A stretch of DNA of 64,000 bases from Patescibacteria group bacterium (lineage in GTDB: Bacteria > Patescibacteriota > Minisyncoccia > Minisyncoccales > Staskawiczbacteraceae): positions 9,314 through 73,313 of the forward strand of contig JAHJTG010000008.1 in NCBI GenBank assembly GCA_018829965.1, in the 5' to 3' direction. The position numbers and the translations under genes are program-made. The notes under the pieces are model-generated. The model saw nothing but the letters and a program-made list of their open reading frames with translations, made no database searches and had not been told where the DNA came from. Shown here piece after piece: positions 20,698 through 30,477 of the stretch. Positions within the stretch are counted from its first letter, which is position 1. The number at the start of each line of letters is the position of its first letter.

Positions 20698-21461
20698 CAC
20701 ATAATCTTCTATCACTAGAAGTGTAGACTATATCTTCATCCCGCCTAGCGGGAGTCGGCGTATTATGATGGGTTTAAAGCCACCATCCTTCCTTAAAATA
20801 ATGATTTTAAGAAAAAGTCGTTACGGGGTCATATCTAAAATTTTTAATAATTCTTGCTTTGTTTTCTTTTTCTTGGCTATATAGTTATCCGATTGAATGG
20901 CTATAATATAATTTACTATCTTTTTTAATTCGTTTTTTGTTAAACAATTTTTCCTTTTCTTAGAAAAAAGACAAACAGCTTTATATAGTGCTTTCGCCTG
21001 CTTTTGTTTAAAACGAATAAAAGGTATTAAATCTTTTAGGATATTTTCTATTTGCTTGAATCCATTTATTCTTAATTCACTCATTCCGTCGTTTCTTTGA
21101 GAAAAATATCCTATACCAAGTTTTTTCTTTATCCAATGGAGTGGTTTTTCGTGACGACTATCTTGATAAAAACAGATAGTAGCCATTAAGCGCCAATTTG
21201 TTTTACCATCTTTGCGCTTCTTAATTTGAAGCATTAAGCTTCCGTCTCCATCGAGAAAACCTGCGATATAAGCTAAATTTATTTTAGATTGACTTCCCAC
21301 GGTATTATCTTAATAATTATAATTTCTGGTCCTCAAGTAAATTGTACCATAATTAATGGACCGATTGCAATTATGGTTATCAACGAACCAGATATATTAA
21401 GGTTTCACCGTTATTAGCCGAATTGTCATCGTGGATTACTCCACGAAGTAGCAAATTTCTT
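20698..21461 (-). ncRNA. Group I intron in 23S, after U2656 (sarcin-ricin loop)
   Basis: Exons CCTAGT | ACGAGAGGACC; 5' exon ends in U and intron ends in G; core motifs GTGGGAAGT, CCGTAACGACT, GATATAGTCT. Confidence 0.92.
20821..21300 (-). CDS. LAGLIDADG homing endonuclease (single motif)
   Basis: YIAGFLDGDGS, intron-encoded. Confidence 0.95.
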   Translation of the reverse strand: MGSQSKINLAYIAGFLDGDGSLMLQIKKRKDGKTNWRLMATICFYQDSRHEKPLHWIKKKLGIGYFSQRNDGMSELRINGFKQIENILKDLIPFIRFKQKQAKALYKAVCLFSKKRKNCLTKNELKKIVNYIIAIQSDNYIAKKKKTKQELLKILDMTP

Positions 21462-21523
21462 ACTAGGGTCAGAGCCTCTCAAAACTCTACGATCGCGGTA
21501 GATAAGGACCAACCTGTCTCACG

Positions 21524-22214
21524 CATATTTGTCATTTATTACTAAATGTATGGACTATACCACTACCCAAATTAATTGGGTAATCGACGTTTTAGCCGCC
21601 GTTAGGCGACTCCGACCGATTAAGGTCAAGTCTCTACGGGGTCGATGTATACACCTTTCGATTCTTTGAATAATTTAATTCACGAAAAGTATCAATTAAT
21701 TTAGCAAGTTTATTAAAATCTTTCTGGCATTTAACTTTACTTTTTTGAACAATAATTTTTTTCAGGAGATTTATTTGAGCTTTCTTCATTAATACATACG
21801 GGCCAACGAGTCCGATAAATTTATTTATCCCCTCTTGGGTCCCAATAATATATTCGAGAATTCCATCTTTTCTAACCCTTAAATATCCTAAATTAATTAA
21901 AGCACAAACTTTAGCAAAATTATTTTGGTTTTTCTGTGATTGGAATAACACAATGTAATTTACAACTTGGAAACCATACTTATAAGTTTTGTTTGGTTTT
22001 AGTTGCGCATATACACTACCATCCCCATCAAGAAATCCAGCCAAATATGATCTTTGTGTTTGCGAAATTAATTTTTTCATACACGACTTCCCTCGGTATT
22101 ATCCTATCATACGACAGATTATAATGAAAGGACTTCACCGATATGAGTCGATTTATTCACTGTAATATTACTATTACAGGCCGCCTAGCTTGTTAACAGA
22201 TCAAGCTTTAGTCG
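21524..22214 (-). ncRNA. Group I intron in 23S, after U2593
   Basis: Exons AACCGT | CGTGAGACAG; U/G splice rule; CCCGTAGAGACT and GTATAGTCC. Confidence 0.92.
21634..22080 (-). CDS. LAGLIDADG homing endonuclease, I-CreI-like
   Basis: YLAGFLDGDGSVYAQLKPNKTYKYGFQ resembles the I-CreI N-terminus; intron is at the I-CreI site L2593. Confidence 0.95.
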   Translation of the reverse strand: MKKLISQTQRSYLAGFLDGDGSVYAQLKPNKTYKYGFQVVNYIVLFQSQKNQNNFAKVCALINLGYLRVRKDGILEYIIGTQEGINKFIGLVGPYVLMKKAQINLLKKIIVQKSKVKCQKDFNKLAKLIDTFRELNYSKNRKVYTSTP

Positions 22215-22307
22215 ACGGTTTGAACCCAGCTCACGTAACACTTTAATTGGCGAACAGCCAAACCCTTGGGAGCGGCTTCACCCCCAGGATGTGTTGAGCC
22301 GACATCG

Positions 22308-22592
22308 CTGTCGGTAATTTTTCTCTCCTTACAGAGAGGTTCGGACTATATCTTCACCCTTTCTCAATAAGAAAGGGGCTGGCGTGTTAGCTCTCCAATT
22401 TTTTGGAGAACTCCGACTATTAAAAGTCAAGTCTCTACAGGGTTATAACCCAATCTTTTTAAGAATTGAGTTAAACTTCCCACGGTATTATCGTTTAGTT
22501 TTACTAATTTTACCATATGAACTAAGTACGATTCCACCGTTATAAGCCAGATTTTTGGTATAGCATTACTGCTATAGCACCCCGATTTGTTA
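22308..22592 (-). ncRNA. ORF-less group I intron in 23S, after U2500
   Basis: Exons GGCACCT | CGATGTCGGC; CCTGTAGAGACT, GATATAGTCC; 285 nt. Confidence 0.92.
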
Positions 22593-23206
22593 AGGTGCCG
22601 AACAGAGCCGTCGCTATGGACGCTCGGGCTCTACCAGCCTGTTATCCCCGGAGTAGCTTTTGGTTGATGATCTTTCGCGGTTCTAATAACCACGATCGGT
22701 TCACTAAGTTCTGGTTTCCCAACTGCGCGACATATCCGTCTTGCAGTAAAGCCGGCATTTGGCTTTGCCCTATCGCTCCGATTTCCATCCGGAGCTAGCC
22801 GACCTTATAAACGCCTCCATTACCTTTTAGGAGGCAAGTGCCCCACTTAAACTGCCCATTAAACACTGTCTCCGCCTAAGGCGGATTAGAATCAGGGTTT
22901 TTAAAGGATGGTGTTTCATCGGCGACTCCACCCTGTCCGAAAACAAGGTTTCAAAGTCTCCCATCTACGCTACGCATTAAAAACCAAAACTCAATATCTA
23001 ACTACAGTAAAGCTTCCGGGGTCTTTCCGTCTAGCCGCGATTAACCGGCATCTTCACCGGTATTGCATTTTCACCGGGCTCCTCGTTGAGACAGTTCTCT
23101 AGTCGTTAAGCCATTCATGCGGGCCGGAACTTACCCGGCAAGGGATTACGCTACCTTTGGACGGTTATAGTTACCGCCGACGTTCACTGGTGCTTCAATC
23201 AATGAG

Positions 23207-23314
23207 CCCCACTCCGCTCCTTACTTCGTAAGAGCTTCGAAGGGGCAGGTATTCTTTTTTTCAGAATACTTGTCCTGCGTAGCTTTTTTTACGAAACAAA
23301 AAGCGAAGTAGGAC
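23207..23314. other. Palindromic insertion in 23S (about helix 68)
   Basis: Multi-hairpin block absent from canonical 23S; similar to the 16S insertion at 34372-34500. Confidence 0.75.
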
Positions 23315-23430
23315 CCTCAACTTTAACATTCCAGCACTGGTCAGGCTTCACCCCCTATACATCCTCTTACGAGTTAGCAGAGAGCTGTGTTTTTGATAAA
23401 CAGTCGCTAGAGATACGTTAGCTGCGTCCC

Positions 23431-23560
23431 ACCGCACCTCGCTATGCTCGGTACTACCGCGGATTAACACGGATTTTAACTGATTAACACGGATAAAATA
23501 TCCGTATGAATCCAGTCGTATCCGCATGTATCCGTGGTACCAAACGCAGTGAGGTACGGT
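23431..23560. other. Hairpin insertion in 23S (about helix 63)
   Basis: Outer arms CCTCGCTATGCTCG...AACGCAGTGAGG enclosing ACACGGAT/ATCCGT repeats. Confidence 0.8.
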
Positions 23561-24715
23561 AGGAAGGCCATATTGCGAACTTACGGCCGCTTTTTTGCCG
23601 AGTTCCTTAACGAGGAATCACCCGTTCATCTTGGCACACTTACGCCGACCCACCTGTGTCGGTTTACGGTACGGTTCCCATTTTTTTAACCCTACGAGCT
23701 TTTCTAGACAACGCGCTCATCCGAATCGCCAGTGCCGAAGCACCAACTTTTCTCATTCCTTAGATTACTCCTAAGAACAAGAACATAAATCCAATAATTT
23801 GCTCGGACTACTGTGTTGTGTCACTCTTCAGAAAAAAATGGAAGGGACGGAATATTAACCGTCTAACCATTAGGTACGCCTTTCGGCTTCCCCTTAGGAC
23901 CGCCTAACCCTTGGCTGATTGCCATTGCCAAGGAACCCTTGGGTTTTCGATGTCCCGGTATTTCACCGAGATTGCGGTTACTCATGCCAACATTCTCTCT
24001 TCTTAACGCTCCACCAGACCTCACAGTCTAGCTTCGCAGCGATAAGAATGCTCTCCTACCACGCATAAAAACCTGAGTTTCTATGCATCCATATCTTCGG
24101 TATTAAGCTTTAGTCCCGATGAATCTTCGGCGCACTTTGCCTATATAGGACAGTGAGTTGTTACACACTCTTTAAAAGATAGCTACCTCTAAGCTAACTT
24201 CCTGCCTGTAAAGGGCAAAATACTTCCTTAATCTACACTTAGCTTAATTTTGGGACCTTAGATGATGATCTGGACTGTTCTCCTTACGACCATGGAGCTT
24301 AGCCCCCACAGTCTAACTGCCTTTTTGACGATGCTGGTATTCGGAGTTTAATTAGAATATCTGAGCGAAGCCCAAGAAATTCTATTTAGTGCTCTACCCC
24401 CAGCACCTAAACAAAAGACGCTAGCCCTAAAGCTATGTCGGAGAGAACCAGCTATTACCAAGCTCGATTAGCTTATCACTTCTTACCACAGGTCATCCCA
24501 GAGTATTGCACGGCTCAAGGGTTCGGACCTCCCCCGCTCTTTCGAGAGGGTTCATCCTGCCCATGGCAAGCTCGCCTGGCTTCGGGTCTCAACCACTCAG
24601 CTTAATTGTTTGCGCTATTAACGCTCGCTTTCGCTATGCCTCCACCCCGTAAGGGTTTAGACTAGCTGAGTAACTGAACTCGTTGGCTCGTTCTGCAAAA
24701 AGCACGCCATCACCA

Positions 24716-24895
24716 GCCACATCTCGCTGCGCTCGATGTGTCTGGAAACCCTAAATCCTAAATCCGAAATCCTAAACAATAACTAAAATCCAAAATCAAA
24801 AACTTATTTTAAATTTGAAATTTAGAATTTGGAATTTGTTTAGAGTTTCGTGTTTAGTGCTTAGAATTTCCGCATCGAACAAAGTGAGATGCGGC
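24716..24895. other. Hairpin insertion in 23S (about helix 25)
   Basis: Outer arms TCTCGCTGCGCTCG...CGAACAAAGTGAGA enclosing inverted AAATCCT heptamer arrays. Confidence 0.8.
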
Positions 24896-25286
24896 CAGCT
24901 CTGACTCGTTGTAAGCAAATGGTTTCAGGTTCTATTTCATCGGGGTCGCCCCCCTACTTTTCACCTTTCCCTCACGGTACTGGTTCACTATCGGTAATAT
25001 TGAGTATTTAGCCTTGGCCGTATAGTTCGGCCTGATTCCTGCCAGGTTATCATTCCCGACAGTACTTAAGTAAAATAGCAAGGAGCGTAAAGTCGTTTTC
25101 GTCTACAGGACTATTACCTTCTATGGTCACCCTTTCCAGGGTTATTTGACTAACGAAAAATTTATTCTTGCAGAGCAAAAATAAATTTACACTTTACCAA
25201 AATGTTCTCCCTCGGATAGAATCCAGCACTCTTTAACGTTTCAAAAAGTACTGGATGCTCCCGACGCTAAATCCTTGCAACCCCAA

Positions 25287-25422
25287 TCGCTCGCGCCTCG
25301 CTATGCTCGTCGCTTCGCTCTCCTACCAATTACGAATTTTTTCGAATTACGAATATTCGTAATTAGTTTAAATTGGTAATTCGTAGGAAGAGTAAGTGCC
25401 GAACGCAGTAAGGCACGAACGA
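25287..25422. other. Hairpin insertion in 23S domain I (about position 270)
   Basis: Outer arms CCTCGCTATGCTCG...CGAACGCAGTAAGG enclosing TTACGAAT/ATTCGTAA repeats. Confidence 0.8.
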
Positions 25423-25471
25423 ATGGTTTGGGCTCTTCCCTTTTCGCTCGCCACTACTAAGGGAATAACTG

Positions 25472-25747
25472 GTCCTACATCTCACAAATTCCGCTAAATT
25501 TAGAAACGAAATAATGCGCTAAATTCAAGACGCGATGACGAAACGCATAAGTGAAACGATGCGTTGAGGAAGAGCCTCGCAGAAGTTAGCCATTATTTCG
25601 CTTCCCTTTCGGGCGGGCGAATTCTGGACATATTCTTTGTTGCTCGTCGCTCACGTATCGCGTTGCTTATACGCTGTCGCTCCTCGCGTCGCGAATCTGT
25701 CGCAGAATTCGCTTCGCTAAATTAGTGCAATTTGTGAGATGCAGGAC
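25472..25747. other. About 275-nt structured insertion in 23S domain I (about position 220)
   Basis: Closing stem GTCCTACATCTCACAAATT/AATTTGTGAGATGCAGGAC with several internal hairpins. Confidence 0.8.
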
Positions 25748-26333
25748 ATTTGTTCTCTTTTCCTCTGGGTACTGTGATGTTTCGCTTCCCCAGGTCTACC
25801 CCTAACCTTGCGGTCAGGTAATCCCGTTCTGCGGGATTGGGTTGCCCCATTCAGAAACCTCCGGATCAAAGGTTGCTAGCCACCTCCCCGAAGCTTATCG
25901 CAGGCACGCCACGTCTTTCATCGCCTCAATATTCCAAGGCATCCACCATTTGCCTATAAAATTATTTTCTTTGCGTAAGTTTATTCAACAATATAAATAC
26001 TGCTGAATGAATAGATACAGATTTTAGATATCTATTACTATTATATTTTTAGATGATTCTTTACTCTGTTAAAAAAAGACCCCTGTCTAAAGTTTAACAG
26101 AGTGGCCTAATTATATCTTTTTAAAAAAAGCAAGATTATAATTAGGGTTGTATTTTCAAAGTTCTTGATAAATATACTATTCTTAAAAAATTAAAAACCG
26201 CCTAGTTAAAGCGGTCCATCAGACATATACCCGCCTGCATCGCCTGTGGCGAAAGCCACTGCGGGCAGGCAAAAACTCGGAGTTTAACCGCTTCTTTTTC
26301 TAAAAATGGTTTTAATATTTATCATGTAAGGTT

Positions 26334-26362
26334 ATATTATTCTATAAATAAAAACGTGTCAA
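26334..26362 (-). promoter_or_regulatory. Sigma70-type promoter for the 23S-5S unit
   Basis: TTGACA-17 nt-TAATAT about 370 nt upstream of 23S. Confidence 0.65.
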
Positions 26363-26505
26363 GCCTTTCACCCTTTAAAAGAAGGTGTAGGGCACAGACC
26401 ATTGTCCTCCTGACGCGAAACTGGATCAATAATTTATGATATTATATACAAAATCTGTCACACAATATTGGGAGACCCGACCTCCCAATTAAATTAATTG
26501 AAAAC

Positions 26506-26536
26506 AAAGCCCGGTCGCCTTAGGCGACCGGGCTAA
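26506..26536. terminator. GC-rich hairpin, probable terminator
   Basis: AGCCCGGTCGCC-TTA-GGCGACCGGGCT downstream of the 26560 ORF. Confidence 0.6.
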
Positions 26537-26559
26537 TGTTTTCAATACTGAAAATTTAT

Positions 26560-27240
26560 CTATTTAATCTTTCTCTTTAAGTTCTCAATTGCTTGAGCTG
26601 CAGCATCTTTTCCACCTAAACCGAAAGCCAACATAACCGAACCGGCAATAGCGGCAACAATACCATAAACTATACCCTTGTATAGAATCTGGACTAAATC
26701 TGATTTTGGTAATAATTGATCTAAGATCATGAATATTAAGAAAATCCAAATTGTCCATCTTACGATAGAGGCTGCTAAATGAGCGTAACCGATTTTCATT
26801 TTCTCAACTGTTGCTCTTACTAACTTTTCTACGATATCAGCAATAACTACACCGACTACAAAAATTAAAACAGCGATAATGATGTTTGGGATATAGTTTA
26901 AGATATCCCTTAGAAGTTCTCCAAATTTAGTTAAATTTAGAATATCAACTGTTAATAATAATGTGACGATTACAAATATCCATTTAACGATAGCTCCAAT
27001 AAAAGCAGACGGATCCACTTTTATATCAGCTTTCTCAATGGCTTTCTGCCAACCTTCTTTTTCAAAAAGACGGTTGAATTTTAGTCCCTTCAAAAGTTCG
27101 GTTATAAATCTGCCGATTCCGACAGAGATGATATAGCCGATAACGAAGACAATTATTGCTATTATAAGTTGAGGAAGAAACGAAACCAATTCTTTAAGAA
27201 ATGGTTGTATAATTGTTACGTACCATTCTGGTGTTACCAT
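26560..27240 (-). CDS. TM-helix repeat membrane protein (CmpX/MscS N-terminal-like)
   Basis: Repeated FLPQLIIA / YIPNIIIA and LAFGLGGKD. Confidence 0.85.
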   Translation of the reverse strand: MVTPEWYVTIIQPFLKELVSFLPQLIIAIIVFVIGYIISVGIGRFITELLKGLKFNRLFEKEGWQKAIEKADIKVDPSAFIGAIVKWIFVIVTLLLTVDILNLTKFGELLRDILNYIPNIIIAVLIFVVGVVIADIVEKLVRATVEKMKIGYAHLAASIVRWTIWIFLIFMILDQLLPKSDLVQILYKGIVYGIVAAIAGSVMLAFGLGGKDAAAQAIENLKRKIK

Positions 27241-27411
27241 ATTTATTTTAGGTTTAATTATCGATTTATTAATAAATAATTCGACCTTTATAAATTAGGC
27301 TTCTTGTCTGCCTGCGGTAGATCTCCCAAAGGGAGACAACCAGCCTAATCGTTAAACATTATTTTATTATGTGCTTATCTGCCTAAGAATCAACCCCTTA
27401 TGTGGATAATT

Positions 27412-28500
27412 CTATCCATGCTTTATCTCAATCACATCTCCGTCTTGAATGATATATTCCTTTCCTTCTGTTCTTATTAATCCCCTCTCTCTTGCCTTAG
27501 AAAAACCGCCGGCTTCAATCAAATCTTTCCAATTAATAACCTCGGCTTTAACAAACGTCTTTTCAAAATCGCTATGGATTACTCCTCCTGCTTGCGGAGC
27601 CATCTCCCCTCTTTTTATTGTCCAAGCACGCGTCTCATCTGTCCCAGTTGTCAAAAAAGTAATTAGACTTAACAGCTCGTAAGATTTTTTAACTAAAATA
27701 TCTGTTTCTGACTCTGGAGGAAATCCCAAAGAGATTCTTTCTTCTTTTAAGAAACCTGCTGTTTCAAATTCTGAAGCGATGTCTACTATTAAATACGGCC
27801 AACTTGTCTCGCCAGAATTGGCTGGGTTATTCTTTTTAAAAACCTCTAAAGTATTTTGATCCACCTCCTCATCTTTTCCGTTTAAAAGATACAGCCTTGG
27901 TTTTAATGTTAATAATTGAAAACTATCCAAAATTTTCTTCTCTTCATCTGTAAAGCTTTGCTCAACTAATATTTTTTCTTCAGTTAAAAATTCTTTTGCT
28001 TTTTTTAATACTTCCATTTCCTTAATCGCCTCCTTCCTATTAGCCCTTACATCACCCTCCAAGCCATGTATTCTTTTCGTAATAGTATCTAAATCTTTTA
28101 AAATTAATTCTACGTCTAAGATCCCTTTATCTCTTAATGGACTTATTGATTCTTGCGTGTTAATAATATCGGAATTAGAAAAAGCGCGAAGGATATATAT
28201 GATTGCATCTGTTTCACGAATATTTGCTAAAAACTTGTTTCCCAAGCCTTCGCCTTCGCTCGCCCCTTTTACCAAGCCGGCGATATCAACAAACTCAATG
28301 GTTGTATAAATCTTCTTTGCAGAACTAGTTAATTCAGCTAATTTATCAACTCTTTCGTCTGGAACCAAAACAACCCCTACATTAGGGTCAATTGTACAAA
28401 AAGGATAATTAGCAATATCCACTTCCTTTTTGGTTAATGTTTTAAATAGAGTGGACTTACCTACATTCGGTAATCCTACAATGCCTATACTAAGTGCCAT
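27412..28500 (-). CDS. ychF: Ribosome-binding ATPase YchF
   Basis: GIVGLPNVGKSTLF, ANYPFCTIDPN, DIAGLVKGAS, TGS domain. Confidence 0.97.
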   Translation of the reverse strand: MALSIGIVGLPNVGKSTLFKTLTKKEVDIANYPFCTIDPNVGVVLVPDERVDKLAELTSSAKKIYTTIEFVDIAGLVKGASEGEGLGNKFLANIRETDAIIYILRAFSNSDIINTQESISPLRDKGILDVELILKDLDTITKRIHGLEGDVRANRKEAIKEMEVLKKAKEFLTEEKILVEQSFTDEEKKILDSFQLLTLKPRLYLLNGKDEEVDQNTLEVFKKNNPANSGETSWPYLIVDIASEFETAGFLKEERISLGFPPESETDILVKKSYELLSLITFLTTGTDETRAWTIKRGEMAPQAGGVIHSDFEKTFVKAEVINWKDLIEAGGFSKARERGLIRTEGKEYIIQDGDVIEIKHG

Positions 28501-28529
28501 TTATAAATTTTTAAAATTATTTTTTTATA

Positions 28530-28883
28530 TTAAAACCTATAAATATTGCCCTCCGATGGAGTTTCAATATTAGTATTTGCTAAAACTTTTTTTATTCTCT
28601 CTGCTTCATTTTCAATTATTTCCCCGTCGTATTCTCCACTATGACTATGCGCTCCACTATTTTCATATGAAGCAAACTTCTGATCTAAATGAAGATTGAA
28701 GATAAACTCGTTATGGTCCTCATCTTTTTTTATAAACACATGGAATCTCGGGTAACCATATCCCCTGCTTAAATCCTTAACAAGGCTTTCTTCGCCGTTC
28801 TCGCTTTTTCTGCCAATCTTATATCCAATCTTCTTCGCCATATTTACAATAGTTTCGTTAGTGTTTTTAACTATAAATTTCAT
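28530..28883 (-). CDS. Hypothetical protein
   Basis: Likely start MKFIVK just after tRNA-Ala; YPRFH and HSGEYDG motifs. Confidence 0.75.
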   Translation of the reverse strand: MKFIVKNTNETIVNMAKKIGYKIGRKSENGEESLVKDLSRGYGYPRFHVFIKKDEDHNEFIFNLHLDQKFASYENSGAHSHSGEYDGEIIENEAERIKKVLANTNIETPSEGNIYRF

Positions 28884-28891
28884 ATTATTTA

Positions 28892-28962
28892 TGGACCCTG
28901 CGAGAATCGAACTCGCATCTCCTCGTTGCAAACGAGGTGTGCTACCACTATACCAAGGGCCC
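28892..28962 (-). tRNA. tRNA-Ala (TGC)
   Basis: GGGCCCT/AGGGTCC acceptor with G3:U70; CCTCG-TTTGCAA-CGAGG; GTTCGA. Confidence 0.93.
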
Positions 28963-28969
28963 ACCAAAG

Positions 28970-29063
28970 CTATCGAGAATCTTCGATTTCTTTCAGAAAT
29001 CGGGACAAATGTCCCGATGGCTGTTGCCATCGCGGATGCTCGATTTTGCTCGGCAAAATCGGC
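28970..29063. repeat. Two adjacent GTCCCGA-family palindromic elements
   Basis: ...AAATCGGGAC aaat GTCCCGATGG...ATCGGC; a 24-mer is identical to the reverse complement of 53878-53901. Confidence 0.8.
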
Positions 29064-29092
29064 AAGGTGTTCTACCACTAAACTAAAGCCCC
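29062..29092 (-). pseudogene. 5' half of a tRNA, truncated by palindromic elements
   Basis: GGGGCTT TA GTTT AGTGGT AGAAC A CCTTG (acceptor 5' strand, D arm, start of anticodon stem); no T arm follows. Confidence 0.6.
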
Positions 29093-29093
29093 C

Positions 29094-29423
29094 CTAATTT
29101 ATCCCCCAGAATTTTATTATTTGGACATCATCTAACCCCCAAATTCTCATTAGAATAAAATCCTTGAAATCGCTTATAATTATACCCATACTCAAAAAAA
29201 TCAAAACGTATCCAACATATTTTCTGCTTTTTTTAAAAAACAAATAAGATAAACTGATAAATAACAATAACAACCCAAATATCCAATGATGCGGAATCCA
29301 TATTATCTGCCCCCCAATGATATGCCCTATTCTCCCGATAGCATATCCCATAAACACTGCGAAGGTATATATAAAATATTTTATAGACATTATTGCTCTT
29401 AATAATATCTTACCTTTTTCCAA
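29094..29423 (-). CDS. Small membrane protein (start uncertain)
   Basis: Three hydrophobic segments, PHHWIFG, ISDFKDF. Confidence 0.7.
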   Translation of the reverse strand: MEKGKILLRAIMSIKYFIYTFAVFMGYAIGRIGHIIGGQIIWIPHHWIFGLLLLFISLSYLFFKKSRKYVGYVLIFLSMGIIISDFKDFILMRIWGLDDVQIIKFWGIN

Positions 29424-29698
29424 TAGTTTTTCAAGCCAGCAGGCGCAGGATTGCCAAGCACTAATCTACGGATAGTGCTCGGCTAAAACAAAAAACCGCA
29501 TTTCACGGTTTTTTGTTTTAGTTTCTTAAAGCTGTTTCGAATATCCGATTTTGACGATTTCGTACAGTAGCAAGCTGTATGAAACATTACTTCGGTAAAC
29601 GTTTTAACTTGAAATCCAAATTTAAGACTTCAAATTAAGTCGACAAAAAAATATAAAAAAATTGATCCACGACCAGGTTCCCCTAGCCGTGCCTTGTT

Positions 29699-30477
29699 CA
29701 TGCTATTCCCCTATATCGCTATAAGGCATGGACTATATCATCATCCTTTCACAAAATATTTTTGACTTTACTGGATGGTAAGAATTTACAATTTTAGCAA
29801 ATCTCTCGTGATGTTTAGTAGAAACAAATATTCTCCAATAATCAGGGTCAACTTTTTTACTCGGATTATGGATTTTTCCAGTTTCTATCTTTAAACTTTT
29901 GAGAAGTAACTTTAATTGCTTGATTTTGCTTAAATCCTTTTGGACTAACTGAATATAAAATCTGTCTTTTGTATGAGGAACGCCACCTTCGGCGTCAAAA
30001 AATCCTTTTACATAAAACAATTTTTCATAATAGTTATCCAAATTTATAGGATTAAATTTGAAATCTAAGTCTTTACAAAGTGTCTCTAAAACATACATAT
30101 TTCTATCCTTTCCCTCTTTGTAAATCCATGATTTGCAATTAATTTTACCTAGCAAAATTTGTAAATTTTCCAACCACTGCTTATTTTTCTGGGAGAATCT
30201 AATTCTCTTTCCTTTGTTTAAAGAGGCATCATGAATCGCTCCATTTAAATAAGCTATAATCTCATATTTTGTGGTAGGAGTTCGGCGTGTAGTCTCTGAG
30301 GGGTCAATTCTAATTTTATTAGAACGACTTCCCTGCTGATTGTCTGCACTAGAAACATTTTCACTCATATTATCTTATTATAATATGAGTAGTCCTAGAT
30401 TCACAGATGTTCCAGCATACAGCCAACTTTTTCTCTAAGGGTTACCCCTATGAGGTCGCAACATGCAGATTGCACTG
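29699..30477 (-). ncRNA. Group I intron in 16S, after U1498
   Basis: Exons AAGTCGT | AACAAGG; CCCTCAGAGACT, GATATAGTCC. Confidence 0.92.
29733..30368 (-). CDS. LAGLIDADG homing endonuclease (two motifs)
   Basis: YLNGAIHDAS and YVKGFFDAEGG. Confidence 0.9.
   Translation of the reverse strand: MSENVSSADNQQGSRSNKIRIDPSETTRRTPTTKYEIIAYLNGAIHDASLNKGKRIRFSQKNKQWLENLQILLGKINCKSWIYKEGKDRNMYVLETLCKDLDFKFNPINLDNYYEKLFYVKGFFDAEGGVPHTKDRFYIQLVQKDLSKIKQLKLLLKSLKIETGKIHNPSKKVDPDYWRIFVSTKHHERFAKIVNSYHPVKSKIFCERMMI

Larger units (their letters stand above)
20472..25965 (-). rRNA. rrl: 23S rRNA with three group I introns and at least five hairpin insertions (ends approximate)
   Basis: Conserved 23S blocks throughout; flanks are complementary (20371-20419 vs 26012-26066). 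Confidence 0.97.

Noticed and set aside
27400..27410. Replication origin from DnaA boxes (TGTGGATAA here, near-matches around 60173 and 60243)
   Set aside because: The boxes are isolated, and there is no dnaA gene or box cluster in the window.
28884..29078. N-terminal extension of the 182-aa ORF, and similar extensions of rpmE, pfkB, trxB, dnaB and the MBL gene
   Set aside because: The extensions run through tRNA, repeat or intergenic sequence; downstream ATGs match the family starts.
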